From: Paraspadella gotoi
Taxonomy: Eukaryota; Animalia; Chaetognatha
NCBI GenBank assembly: GCA_051294375.1
Contig: CM119267.1
Span: 24,873,783-24,937,782 of the forward strand
DNA: 64,000 nucleotides
Reading direction: 5' to 3'
A program made the position numbers and the translations under genes. The notes below the pieces were generated by a model that made no database searches, was not told the DNA's origin, and saw only the letters and a list, made by a program, of their open reading frames with translations. Below, piece by piece: positions 53,590-64,000 of the stretch; position 1 is the stretch's first letter; each line of letters begins with the position of its first letter.

Positions 53590-56500
53590 AAGAAATCAAA
53601 TGGGCAGCAGGAGAAAAGAGAGAAAAAGAGAGAGCCCCTGCAGAGCCAGCTGCAGACTCAAAAGGCAGCAGCAAAAGCAGCAGGAGAAAAATAAGAAAAA
53701 GAATAAGCCCCTGCAGAGCCAGCTGCAGACTCGTTTTTTTCCCCTATGATTATGAATCAGTGAATAGGGAAAAGAGAGAGGGAGAGAGACATGTAATTAA
53801 AAGAAAAAGAGAAGAGAGAAAGAAATATGAAAATAAAAGAGAGAAAATTTGTTTGTTTCGATAAAAAGTAAACAAAACATTTAATAAGCACATCGATGAT
53901 GAGAAGATGTAATATAATTTTCAGCTTCATAAACCCAAATTTAATCATAAAAAAGGCGATCTATAATTTGGAACGCCGACGACGACGACACTTATGCGCA
54001 AAAGTGTTACAATATCGTCGCAAACGCTTAGCGATTGCGACGATAAAAAGGAGAGAAAGAAAGAGAAAGAAGCCAAATCGTCTTCGGACGAATCAGCAGC
54101 GGCAGCAGCAAAGGCAGCCAGAAAAAAAAGAAATCAAAAGGCAGCAAAAGAAGTAAAGAGAGAAAAAGAAAAAGCCCCTGCAGAGCTAACTGCAGACTCG
54201 TTTTTTTTCTACGATGAATCAGCCTGGGGAAAAGAAAGAGATGGCTACATATAATTAAAAGAGAAAAGAGTGAGAGAAGGAGACATAAAAATAAAAGAGA
54301 ATTTGTTTGTTTTGATAAAATGTAAACAAAACATATTTAATAACTGACCTCACCCAATTTCAAGGACCTCGATGATGAGAAGCTGTATATAAATTTTCAG
54401 CTTCATACACCCAAATTTAATCATTAAAATGGCGATCGATAAGTTGGAACGCCGACGACGACGACGACTACGCCACTTATGCGCAATAGCGTTACAAGAT
54501 AAAAAGAATAAAAAGAAAAGGAGGAGAGCGGAGACCTTGGGTGTGGAAACGTAGGCGACCATCTTGAGCGGAATGGGTTTGCCTCCCACGTTGACGGGAT
54601 ACTCGATCCTCTTCATCTCGAATCCTGTCCACGTCACGGAGACGATCCCCTTGCCGGTGTTGAGGCGGATGAGGGCGTCCATTGCTAAAGTAATTAATTT
54701 GAATATTATTATTCGATATGAGTTATTTAATTTGCACAGTGCAGTCTTTGAAGAATTGTTAACATCAGGTAAAAATTGAAAAGCGCTGTAAAATTCGTCG
54801 TCATCAATATTTTTTATACATAATTACATATACAACTTGATTGCCATACCCGTAAGCGATCCGTCGAAAGCGACCTGATCCTCATCAAAATCAGCGCCGA
54901 TCGAGACTCGGGCGGTGACTGACCAAGCGCCGCGTCCGGGCCTCGGCATCGCCAGGAGGCGCGAGTTCCGCTTGTAGAGGACGACCCGCGCCGCGGATCC
55001 GTCGCTCACTACAAAGACGAAGGCGAAGCGAAGAGTCGTGGAGAGACGAGAGCCGAAGACTGGATGAGCGAGATGGATCGAGTTGTTAGTGGTTTTACTC
55101 AGTTGTCGTTGTAAATGTTTAAGTTTGAAAAACCCATCAAGCCAAATCATTGAACAGAAAATTAAGACAAGGAGGCGAAAATAAAAAACAATCCGCCCTC
55201 CTCGCCTATGGAGCAAGAAGAGACTCCTTTAGAGAAGAGGAACTGGCAGAGATCGCGTCCTTTGTTGTCTTCAAAATCGGCGAAGACGGTGAGATCTGTC
55301 TTCGTCTTGGAGTCTCGCTTCGAGTGGATCGCACAGTTGAAGTAAGTCCAAGTTGTTGCCCTGATTCAAGGATCGAGATTCGCCGCATTAACCTTTCGTG
55401 CCAAGTATATACATACTTAAAATAAAGTGGTCTCGACATCGATATCGCTCCGCCGGACATCGCTATCGCTCCACCCGACATTGCTATCACTCCACCCGAC
55501 ATTGCTATCACTCCACCCAACATTGCTATCGCTCTACCCGTCATTGCTATCGCTCCAACCTTTCATTGCTCTCGTTCCATTGTCGCCCACAGTCTATCAG
55601 CTGCGGTCTCCGGACATGAGGCACCTCGCGGTTGAACAGATCGCACGAGAGACAAATGCGAGTCGTGTTGAGGAAAATGGAGACGTAATGCTGAAAATAT
55701 ATCAATACATAAATTCTTTTTGTTTCGTTGTGTATGAGATTTAACAAAAAATTGGTTTTTAGGCAACTGGCGAATCCTAAAATTCGCCTCCCGTATAGCT
55801 TGGAGAAACTCAGCTCGTCCCATTGGCTTGGACAGCTAAGTACTCGTTCAGCTAAGTACTCGTTCACCAACCGTGAGTTCGGGGTTCAATCCCCTCACGG
55901 TCAAGCTAGTTAAAGTGTGATGGTGTCGGCATAAACACGCCAGTGACATGGGGTGGTCACTGCAGGTCCAAAGCCCTGAGCGCCAGCTGTTGGGAGATGC
56001 CTCACACCCCAGGCATCACACATGTCCCCCCGTTGCCATACAACAACGATTTTTAAAAAAATTATATAGACATGTTTCGACTCTCATATGAGTCTTCATC
56101 AGCGCATTGATAATTTGTGAAATTTCGTAACAGAAGAGAGAGTGACCTTTGGTGTGTGTGTCTCTCTCTCTCTCTCAACATGTCTGCTTTATTAAAATAA
56201 AATCGTTGTTGCCTCAAAAACCATTTTTTCGTTAAATATATAATTGTATAATCTGTATTGTATAACAAACTTTTCCGTCATTAGAGACGCCGACGATGGA
56301 ATCGAAGAAGCCGGCCTGAGGAAGAACCTGGAGTCTTTTCACACAAAAGGTGGACTTAGAAAACTCATCCTTGAGCAGACGAAGCGTCGGACGTGAAGTC
56401 ATGTAGAGGACGCCTGATTGAGAGTAGTTCTGAAAGCGGAAGCAAGGGGTTCTTCATTATGTTGCCTAATTTTCGTTCTTGCAGTATTATTTATACTATA

Positions 56501-59500
56501 CTACACTATATTTATAATATAGTCTCATCGGGAACATTTGTACATTTGTTAATTTTGTTGTTTATTTGTCAAAGTCTGGACAGTTTTCTGTGATCAATTA
56601 TTTAGTGATTATGTCATGGTGGATTTGTGCACCGACCTGTGGTGACTTTAACTCATCTAGTTTCTTGTCGTCCTTGACGCTCGTCTTCTTTTTGGGCGGA
56701 TACCAACCGACGAGTTCGAGAATTCCTTTAGAAGTCGCGAACACCACTCGTTCCTTTCGATCGAGACAAGAGATGAGATCGAGGCGGAATCCGCGCCTCC
56801 CCCCCCCCACTGCCTGCCCCGGGTCAACCCAGCTCCAGGACCCAAAGAAAAACGTACCGAGAGGGCGACAGCGTCGTATATGACAAAATCTTCTTGGATG
56901 CCGCAAACCCCGGAAAAACCGGACACCTTTAAGTTGAAATGATTACATTTTTAATAATTCAATAAGACGCTTTTTGGTCTGTTTCTTTCTTGGGTTTCTA
57001 TGTCCTTTAACATTTTATAACAAAAAGAGAGAAAGAGGTTACGGAAAAAGAGAAAGAAGCGAAGAGGAAAAAGGAGTTAATCCATTTTTTGAGAGGCATG
57101 ATTCTGAAAGTTTTTAAATGGTAAATTTATTTTTTTTTCGGTTTTTCATACCAGATTTAATTTTTTTGTTTTTTGAGCAGCAAAGATAGAGAGGAAGACA
57201 GAAGTCTTTGAAGCTTATACAGCTTATACAGAAGGCTTCATATTATAAAATGAAGTACCTTTTTTTGAGACCAGAACACGTTCCGAGAAAACTACTGGAC
57301 CAAATTTATTGAAATTTAGTATGAACGATCCGAGGTGAATACAAAAAGAACTATTGAGGCGAATTTCAATATTGAACCCCTGAGTCGAGATATGGGGCCC
57401 CGGAGGGGTCACCCTTAGGGGCAAAAAATGGTTAAATTTTTTCATTATTTTTGTTTTCATTTTTCATTAACATCAGCAGTTAAAGTCAGTTTTGGAATAA
57501 TTTAGGAAAATTGGAAGTAAAATGATGAACCATGCATATTAAAACTATGCTTAATTATTGTTTAGTTTTAAAATGTTTTTTTCATATGTTTAAAACGTCA
57601 ATGCACCTGATGCATTGACGTTCAAAAAATGGAAAAAAATTCGATCGGGAAGTTTGGTGGGTAGTTTGGTCACAAAAAAAGTACCCATTTTATAATATGA
57701 AGCCTTCTGTAATTCTTAACAAAAATTTAAATCTGGTATAAAAACCAAAAAAAAATACAAATTTATAAAGGAAAAAGAAGATTCTAAGGGAAAGTTGGTT
57801 AGAGAAATGCGTCCAAAAACAAGAACCAGTGGCTGCGCCAATACATGTAAATCGCTTTCAAAGGCTTAAACTGAACTGTTACAGCGGCAATAATAATATA
57901 TTTTTAAATTTGCATTTTTTTAAAACTTTTTCATTTTTTCAACTTGTATTCTTTTAAACTTGTATTCTTTTAAACTTGTATTATTTTCAGCTTGTATCAT
58001 GTTTTTAAACTTGTATCATGTTTTTAAACTTGTATCATGTTTTTAAACTTGTATCATGTTTTAAACTCGTATCTTTTAAACTGTATTTTTTAAACTGTAT
58101 CATGTTTTTAAACTGTATCATGTTTTTTAAACTCGTATATTTTTTAAACTGTATCATGTTTTTTAAACTCGTATCATTTTTTAAACTGTATCATGTTTTT
58201 AAACTCGTATCATGTTTTTAAACTCGTATCATGTTTTTAAACTGTATCATGTTTTTTAAACTCGTATCATGTTTTTTAAACTCGTATCATGTTTTTAAAC
58301 TCGTATCATGTTTTTAAACTCGTATCATGTTTTTAAACTCGTATCATGTTTTTAAACTCGTATCATGTTTTTAAATCGTATCATGTTTTTAAACTCGTAT
58401 CATGTTTTTAAACTCGTATCATGTTTTTAAACTCGTATCATGTTTTTAAACTCGTATCATGTTTTTAAACTCGTATCATGTTTTTAAACTCGTATCATGT
58501 TTTTAAACTCGTATCATGTTTTTAAACTCGTATCATGTTTTAAACTCGTATCATGTTTTTAAACTCGTATCATGTTTTTAAACTCGTATCATGTTTTTAA
58601 ACTCGTATCATGTTTTTAAACTCGTATCATGTTTTTAAAACTCGTATCATGTTTTTAAACTCGTATCATGTTTTTAAACTCGTATCATGTTTTTAAACTC
58701 GTATCATGTTTTTAAACTCGTATCATGTTTTTTAAACTCTATTTTTCATGTTTTTAAACTCGTATCATGTTTTTAAACTCGTATCATTTTTTAAACTCGT
58801 ATCATGTTTTTAAACTCGTATCATGTTTTTAAATCGTATCATGTTTTTAAACTCGTATCATGTTTTTTAAACTTGTATCATGTTTTTCAACTTGTATCAT
58901 TTTTTTCAACTTGTATCATTTTTTTAAACTTGTATTATGGCAACGGGAGGATAGCCTGTGATACCCGGGGCGCGGGGTATCTCACCAACTGGCGTAGGGG
59001 CTGCGGACCCTCAGTGACCGCCTCCTGTCACTGGCATGTTTATACTGGCACCGTCACATTTAAGCCAGAACCGGGATACCCAGGGATTGAACCCGGGACG
59101 CACGGATGGAATGAGATGATTTAGCCTGCTCAGCCATTGAGACGAGGCTGAGGACGGACAGCAGTGAGGCAGCGTTAAGTCTTGCTGCCACAGTATCATG
59201 TTTTTCAACTTGTATAATTTTTTTCAACTTGTATCATTTTTTTCAACTTGTATCATTTTTTTCAACTTGTATCATTTTTTTCAACTTGTATCATTTTTTT
59301 CAACTTGTATCATTTTTTTCAACTTGTATCATTTTTTCAACTTGTATCATTTTTTTAACTTGTAACATTTTTTTTAACTTCTATCATTTTTGTCAACTTA
59401 CATAATTTTTTTAACTTGCAGCTTTTTTTAACTTTCAACTATCTAATTATCAAGTTCCATTAGTGAGGCAGTGAGGAAGTTAAAATATGTGTCCATTTTC

Positions 59501-60144
59501 TTTGTTTCATGTCGATTCAAATATTTTTTGTTTGAATTTCTATTTAATCATTATTTACTGCAATATGCAAATTAGATTATAATAATTTTTATTAACTTTT
59601 TTGATAGTAAGGTCTGGCGAGATCATTATACTTTTAAGATTATGTTGCATGCGGCGAAAAAAGGCCATTCACAATGCGAGCAACAAAAAAATAATAAAAC
59701 AGATAATTTTGCATATTTTTATATTTTGCAAAAATATAAAAAAAATTATTTTTAAAAATATTTACGATAAAAAAATTTTAAAAAAAGTAACAAAGAAGAC
59801 GGGGTGAAAAAAAAAAGAGAGAAAATTGGGATAAAAAAAATTTTAAAAGAAAAGCTGAAGGGAAATGAATTCATTCATTTCATTCTTAAGAAATTCAAAA
59901 GAGACCCAATCTCCATTTGGTATGTCCGCGATTTTCCAACGAAATCTAACCGCTTTGGAGTCCAGCTTCTGCCAAATCATCGTCGCGAAGTCGTCGCTCG
60001 AAAAGACGAGGATATTCGCCTCAAAACCGGAAACGATTTGGAAAACGGAGACGCCGGCGACGTTTTGGACACGAAGGGCGGGATGACCAGAAGCGGATAC
60101 GGGATTGGCGGCCGTGATGTACCTTTTGGACGACGTAAAAGTCA

Positions 60145-60193
<49 letters not shown>

Positions 60194-62550
60194 CGGACAA
60201 AGGGATTTTTTCTTATTCGGCGAATAGGATCCCGTGAAGGGATTGAAATAAAAGGTCTTCACCGCGGGTGTCTCCACGTTGCCGAAGCCGCTCGTGGTCA
60301 CCCTCACCCTGACGCGTGGACCCGAGAGACTGAGAGGGCAGGAAAACCGATCCTTTTAATCTGATTAGCATTTTAAAATAATGAGATAGATTGATCGAAA
60401 ACCTATAAGGGATGGGAGCCAAAAAAGTGATCTTGTCGGAATAAGTATAGTCGTCGCTCGCGTCTGATCCGTTGTAGAGACCGAGCTCCAACTCGAAAAG
60501 ATTTTGCTCCATTCGATAACCATCTGAGGAGAGGGGGCCTAGAAGGCGTGGTGGGGGGGGGGATAAAGAAAAAGAAAAGAAAGGAAGAGAAAGAGACTAA
60601 AATCAAAAAGAAAAAATCTTAAAAGCATAAGGATCGTCGCAATCGCATGAGAAAAATCTGGATTGATGACAAATTTTGATACTAAAAAAAATAAAATTTG
60701 AAAAAAGAAAATTAATTTATAAACAAAGAAAAATTATATTTTATAAATTATAAATTAAAGTTACAGTTTCTGAAAAAAAAAGAAGAAAAAAAAATTTTCA
60801 TTGTCAAAAAATAAATTAATCAGCAGACGCAGCCCCTGAAAAAAAAAAACCGAAATAAAAACCTGATGTTGAGATAGCAAAATGATAACATGCACGAATG
60901 CAATGCCTAATTTTACGAGTTCAATCCTTTTTCAATTTTTTTTTAAATAAAAACGCAGAGAGAGAGAGAGAAAAAAAAAAAGAAATCAAAAGGCAGCAGC
61001 AGAAGCAGCAGGAAAAAAGAGAGATAAAGAATAAGCCCCTGTAGAGCCAGCTGCAGACTCAAAAGGCAGCAGCAGAAGCAGCAGGAGAAAAGAGAGAAAA
61101 CGAATAAGCCTCTCAAGAGCCAGCTGCAGACTCGTTTTTTACCCTATAAATCAGTGACTAGGGAAAAGAGAGAGGGAGAGAGACATATAATTAAAAGAGA
61201 AAAGAGAGAGAGAAAGAAAAATAAAAGAAAGAAAATTTGTTTGTTTTGATAAAACGTAAACAAAACATATTTAATAATTGTCCCGACTCAATTTTAAGCA
61301 CATCGATGATAAGAAGCTGTATATAAATTTTCAGCTTCATACACCCAAATTTAATCATAAAAAAGGTGATCTATAATTTGGAACGCTGCTGACGACAACG
61401 ACGACGCCACTTATGCGCAAAAGCGTTACAATATCGTCGCAAAAGCTTGGCGATTTCGACGATAAAAACCTGACGAGACGGTGATGATAGGTTTAACGCC
61501 GGAAATGAGGAAGTGACGAAAAACCTCGGCGTCCTTTTTCGGGTCACCGCAAGTCGGCCGCACCGAGAAGAACCGAGCATCGTGAAGGATTTTCTTCAGT
61601 AACAAATTAGTAAACTTATTTAATACTGAGGCTCACTAACTGAACTTCGCAACTTCAACAGACTTTCATCTTTTAAAGCATTATATTTTTTCATTCGCCT
61701 CGCTGCCTTTCCTATAAATTAAGTATAACGACAGAGTTTCAATGTTTCAAAAAATATACTTTATCTTTAGAAAACTTAATTAATTTCCAATATCATTCAC
61801 TCGAAAAGGCAACCTGGTAATGGCCTTGGTACTTCTTCCTCGCTTTCCATTTGGTGGTGCACTCCACTAGCGGGTCCAACCACTTCTTGATTTTGGCATT
61901 GGAAACGCTCTGCACCCGAGAACGAGAAAAAATCATCATCATTCGATCTTTAAAAATGTAAAAGAATAAAAATATCCCAACACCAAAAATATTCATGAAG
62001 ATTGAAAAACAAATAAATTAATTGGCTAAAAAAAAATAGAAACCATAAGAGAAAATTCGTCCTTTCCTTTGAAAGGCGATGAATCTCGGAAAGAAAGCAA
62101 CAGGGGCTGTCTCTCTCGTCCAGGAAAACGAAAGTCTTAAAGGGGTCCTCGCGTTTATTGTCGCAGTATCCCCCGTATTGGTCGGTGTCGATGTCTTTGA
62201 AGATAGGGAACGGCATGTAGTAGTCCAGGACTAAGATCCAAAAATGAGGGGGGAAAAAAAAGTCGATTTTCTCTAATTAGGTGAAGAGTGAAAAGAGCGA
62301 ACTCACCCGCGCACCGCATGCATTGAATGATGGGAAATTTGAGAGGCTGCACGCCCCACCACTTGCGGAGTTCGGCCGGCTTCACCGCTCCCTTCACGAT
62401 TCGGACGACCTCGACTTTGTAGTGGCAGCGATCAAATTTGAAGGGATTAGAGTCGGAGGAAGAAGAAGATGAGATTAAAAGGAAAAAAGAGAGGATGAAG
62501 AGGAAAAGAAGTGGATTCTTCGAGAGAAACGGAGAAGTGTCGGAGTTCAT
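48746..62550 (-). CDS. CATSPERG: CatSper auxiliary subunit gamma-like (multi-exon; internal exon limits only partly resolved)
   Basis: Signal peptide (62550), large ectodomain, single C-terminal TM. Collinear motifs resemble recalled mammalian CATSPERG: GFCPY, HIGCPP, HWDCI, FTLNIIGGGRNWKELEYWTPDVVMKSNP, CEVSSLDCYNRLP..PVYFFLMEFSNIG, SCDFTFRFPIRVH. Confidence 0.75.
49131..49844 (+). mobile_element. Complete TRIM-like LTR element with twister ribozymes (copy B)
   Basis: LTRs 49131-49384 and 49588-49844; TSD ATGA/ATGG (3 of 4 match); same PBS; twisters at 49254-49332 and 49712-49792. Confidence 0.9.
52705..54500 (-). mobile_element. Tandem cluster of HINE-like copies
   Basis: Start motifs at ~52706 and ~52905, terminal palindrome at ~54015-54045, then another partial body to ~54500. 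Confidence 0.7.
55432..55560. repeat. 21-bp intronic minisatellite (GACATTGCTATCACTCCACCC)n
   Basis: About 6 tandem units. Confidence 0.8.
55768..56040 (+). mobile_element. Solo LTR (divergent subfamily) with a twister ribozyme at 55904-55988
   Basis: TGGC...GCCATA ends; TSD CAAC. Twister: GTGT-GA-TGG-TGT-CG-GCA-TAA-ACAC-GC-CAGTGAC..GTCACTG-CAGG-TCCAAAGC-CCTG. Confidence 0.88.
56062..56110 (-). ncRNA. Minimal type I hammerhead ribozyme of a second PLE family
   Basis: CTGATGA-A-GACTC-atatga-GAGTC-GAAAC-AT-GTC; stem I is weak. Confidence 0.7.
57229..57709. mobile_element. Tc1/mariner-type MITE (family of 2971-3685)
   Basis: Same TIRs with TA TSD. Confidence 0.85.
57920..59430. repeat. ~19-bp satellite (AAACTCGTATCATGTTTTT)n
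   Basis: Dozens of tandem units; homogeneous centre and degenerate edges; interrupted by a solo LTR. Confidence 0.95.
58936..59192 (-). mobile_element. Solo LTR (third subfamily) with a twister ribozyme at 58989-59068
   Basis: Reverse strand reads TGTGGC...GCCATA; TSD GTAT. Twister: CTGGC..ATGT-GA-CGG-TGC-CA-GTA-TAA-ACAT-GC-CAGTGAC..GTCACTG-AGGG-TCCGCAGC-CCCT-AC-GCCAG. Confidence 0.9.
60615..61467 (-). mobile_element. Full-length HINE-like element lacking the 18-bp array
   Basis: Both termini present. Confidence 0.75.
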
Positions 62551-63313
62551 GACTCGCGTTGTCTAGACTGAACCTGAAACGAGCGAATGGATAGCAAAGT
62601 AGAGCAACGATAGTTACTTGCCAACGTTAAATCACAATTCACTAGCGTTCAAAGTTAACAAAATTTATTATTCTCTTTCAAACTTGTAAACCTTAAATCT
62701 AAAAATGAATGCTGCGAATGCACTGTCTACATCTTAGATAAAATGATTGAATCCATTTTCTACTCGAAATACATTTGCTAATCAAAAAGTAAGCAACGTA
62801 AATACAATATAGCTAAACAAAAAAAACAAAAACAAAAATATCACGAAGGACTTTCATTAAATTAAGAACGAATGCCAAAGATATCAAATATTTCTTTTTA
62901 AAGTTAAATGTCTCAACGAGAATTAAAATTGTTCAACATCCAGGGGGGAAAAGAAAAGAGAAGAGATTGGAGGCGCCTTTTCGAACGGAGAAACGCGGAT
63001 TTCTTAGAAATTGTATTGAAATCATTAAAAACTCAATTATTTCAAGTCGAGAATCAATGTTGACGGATTTTCCAAATAACTTTTCCATAAATTGGAGAAT
63101 CTCGCCACCGTCGCTCCGTCCAACACCCTGAATAGGTCGGAGGGGGGGCGGAAGGTCGGAGTGAATTAACGAAGTGAAAAAGTCACTGAAAATCCTGTAA
63201 GATGTGAAGAGATACTCGCCTGTGATCCGCCGACCAACTAATTTGCATCACGTGAGCCGCTTTCACGTTTCCCTCTGCGTCGAATCGAGGCAGAGTCTAA
63301 AGCCGAAAAAAAA

Positions 63314-64000
63314 AATCTTAAAAGCATAAGGATCGTCGCAATCGCATAAGAAAAATCTGGATTGATGACAAATTTTGATACTAAAAAAATCAAATTTGAA
63401 AAAAGAAAATTAATTTATAAACAGAAAGAAAAAAAAAGAATAATATATATAAAACAGTAAAATAACTTATTTTCGAGATAATTTTTAGCAAGTGCTAAGT
63501 TTGGAGAGACATTATTGAAGGTACTTTTGTTTTAGCATTAGCAAGCAGTTTGATCGAATGCGACCTCAACATTCCCAGACAAAAGACAAAGTGAAACTTG
63601 AATCAGACTGACGAAGTGAAGTAAAGACTAAAGTGAAGTAAAATGAAGTAAAGTAAAATAATAAAGTAAATATATATTAAAAAAAAAATATTATTCTAAT
63701 TGATATTTAGAAAAAAAATCCACAAAAATCTCGGATATAAATTTGGGAATAAATGGCGATAATAAAAGTTTTTAGAGAGAAAAAATTAATCAGAGAGAGA
63801 GAAAGAAGCCAAATCATTTTCAGCAGCAGAGGCACCCAGAAAAAAAGAAAGAAATCAAAAGGCAGCAGCAGAAGCAGCAGGAGAAAAAAGAGAAAAAGAA
63901 AGAGCCCCTGCAGAGCCAGCTGCAGACTCAAAAGGCAGCAGCAGCAGGAGAAAAGAGAGAAAAAGAATAAGCCCCTGCAGAACCAGCTGCAGACTCGTTT
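63314..64000 (-). mobile_element. HINE-like element running off the window
   Basis: Same start motif and CAG-rich core. Confidence 0.7.

Noticed and set aside
55820-55900. tRNA genes suggested by GGTTC(A/G)ATCC (also ~19850, ~40175, ~59090)
   Set aside because: No complete cloverleaf; these are B-box motifs inside repeats.
57920-59430. CRISPR-like periodic array
   Set aside because: Head-to-tail units with no unique spacers, eukaryotic context and no cas genes.
63241-63254. Octamer ATTTGCAT plus E-box CACGTG upstream of CatSper-gamma
   Set aside because: Short motifs that are expected by chance; no supporting evidence.

Overview
AT-rich, intron-containing animal (invertebrate-like) genomic DNA from a draft assembly with N gaps and some low-quality stretches. 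Minus-strand spliced genes reconstructed by hand: the 3' part of an unknown single-pass membrane protein, Cdc42, an intronless DPY30-domain (DYDC-like) protein, a PARP-family mono-ADP-ribosyltransferase, an ENPP4/5/6/7-like ectonucleotide pyrophosphatase, an MPP6/MPP2-like MAGUK and a CatSper-gamma-like subunit. A 5-exon protamine-like gene is nested antisense in a MAGUK intron. The main finding is a family of miniature non-coding LTR retroelements (two complete copies, two solo LTRs and one truncated copy; 4-bp TSDs; PBS). Each LTR carries a type-P5 twister ribozyme, supported by base-pair covariation between subfamilies, behind tRNA-like Pol III A/B boxes, so they look like 'twister retrozymes' that could release ~460-490-nt circularisable RNAs. 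Also present: Penelope-type hammerhead ribozymes, a Transib-like element with RSS-heptamer ends, Helentron-type (HINE) repeats, MITEs and a 19-bp satellite. Homology calls are from recalled motifs; no database search was run.
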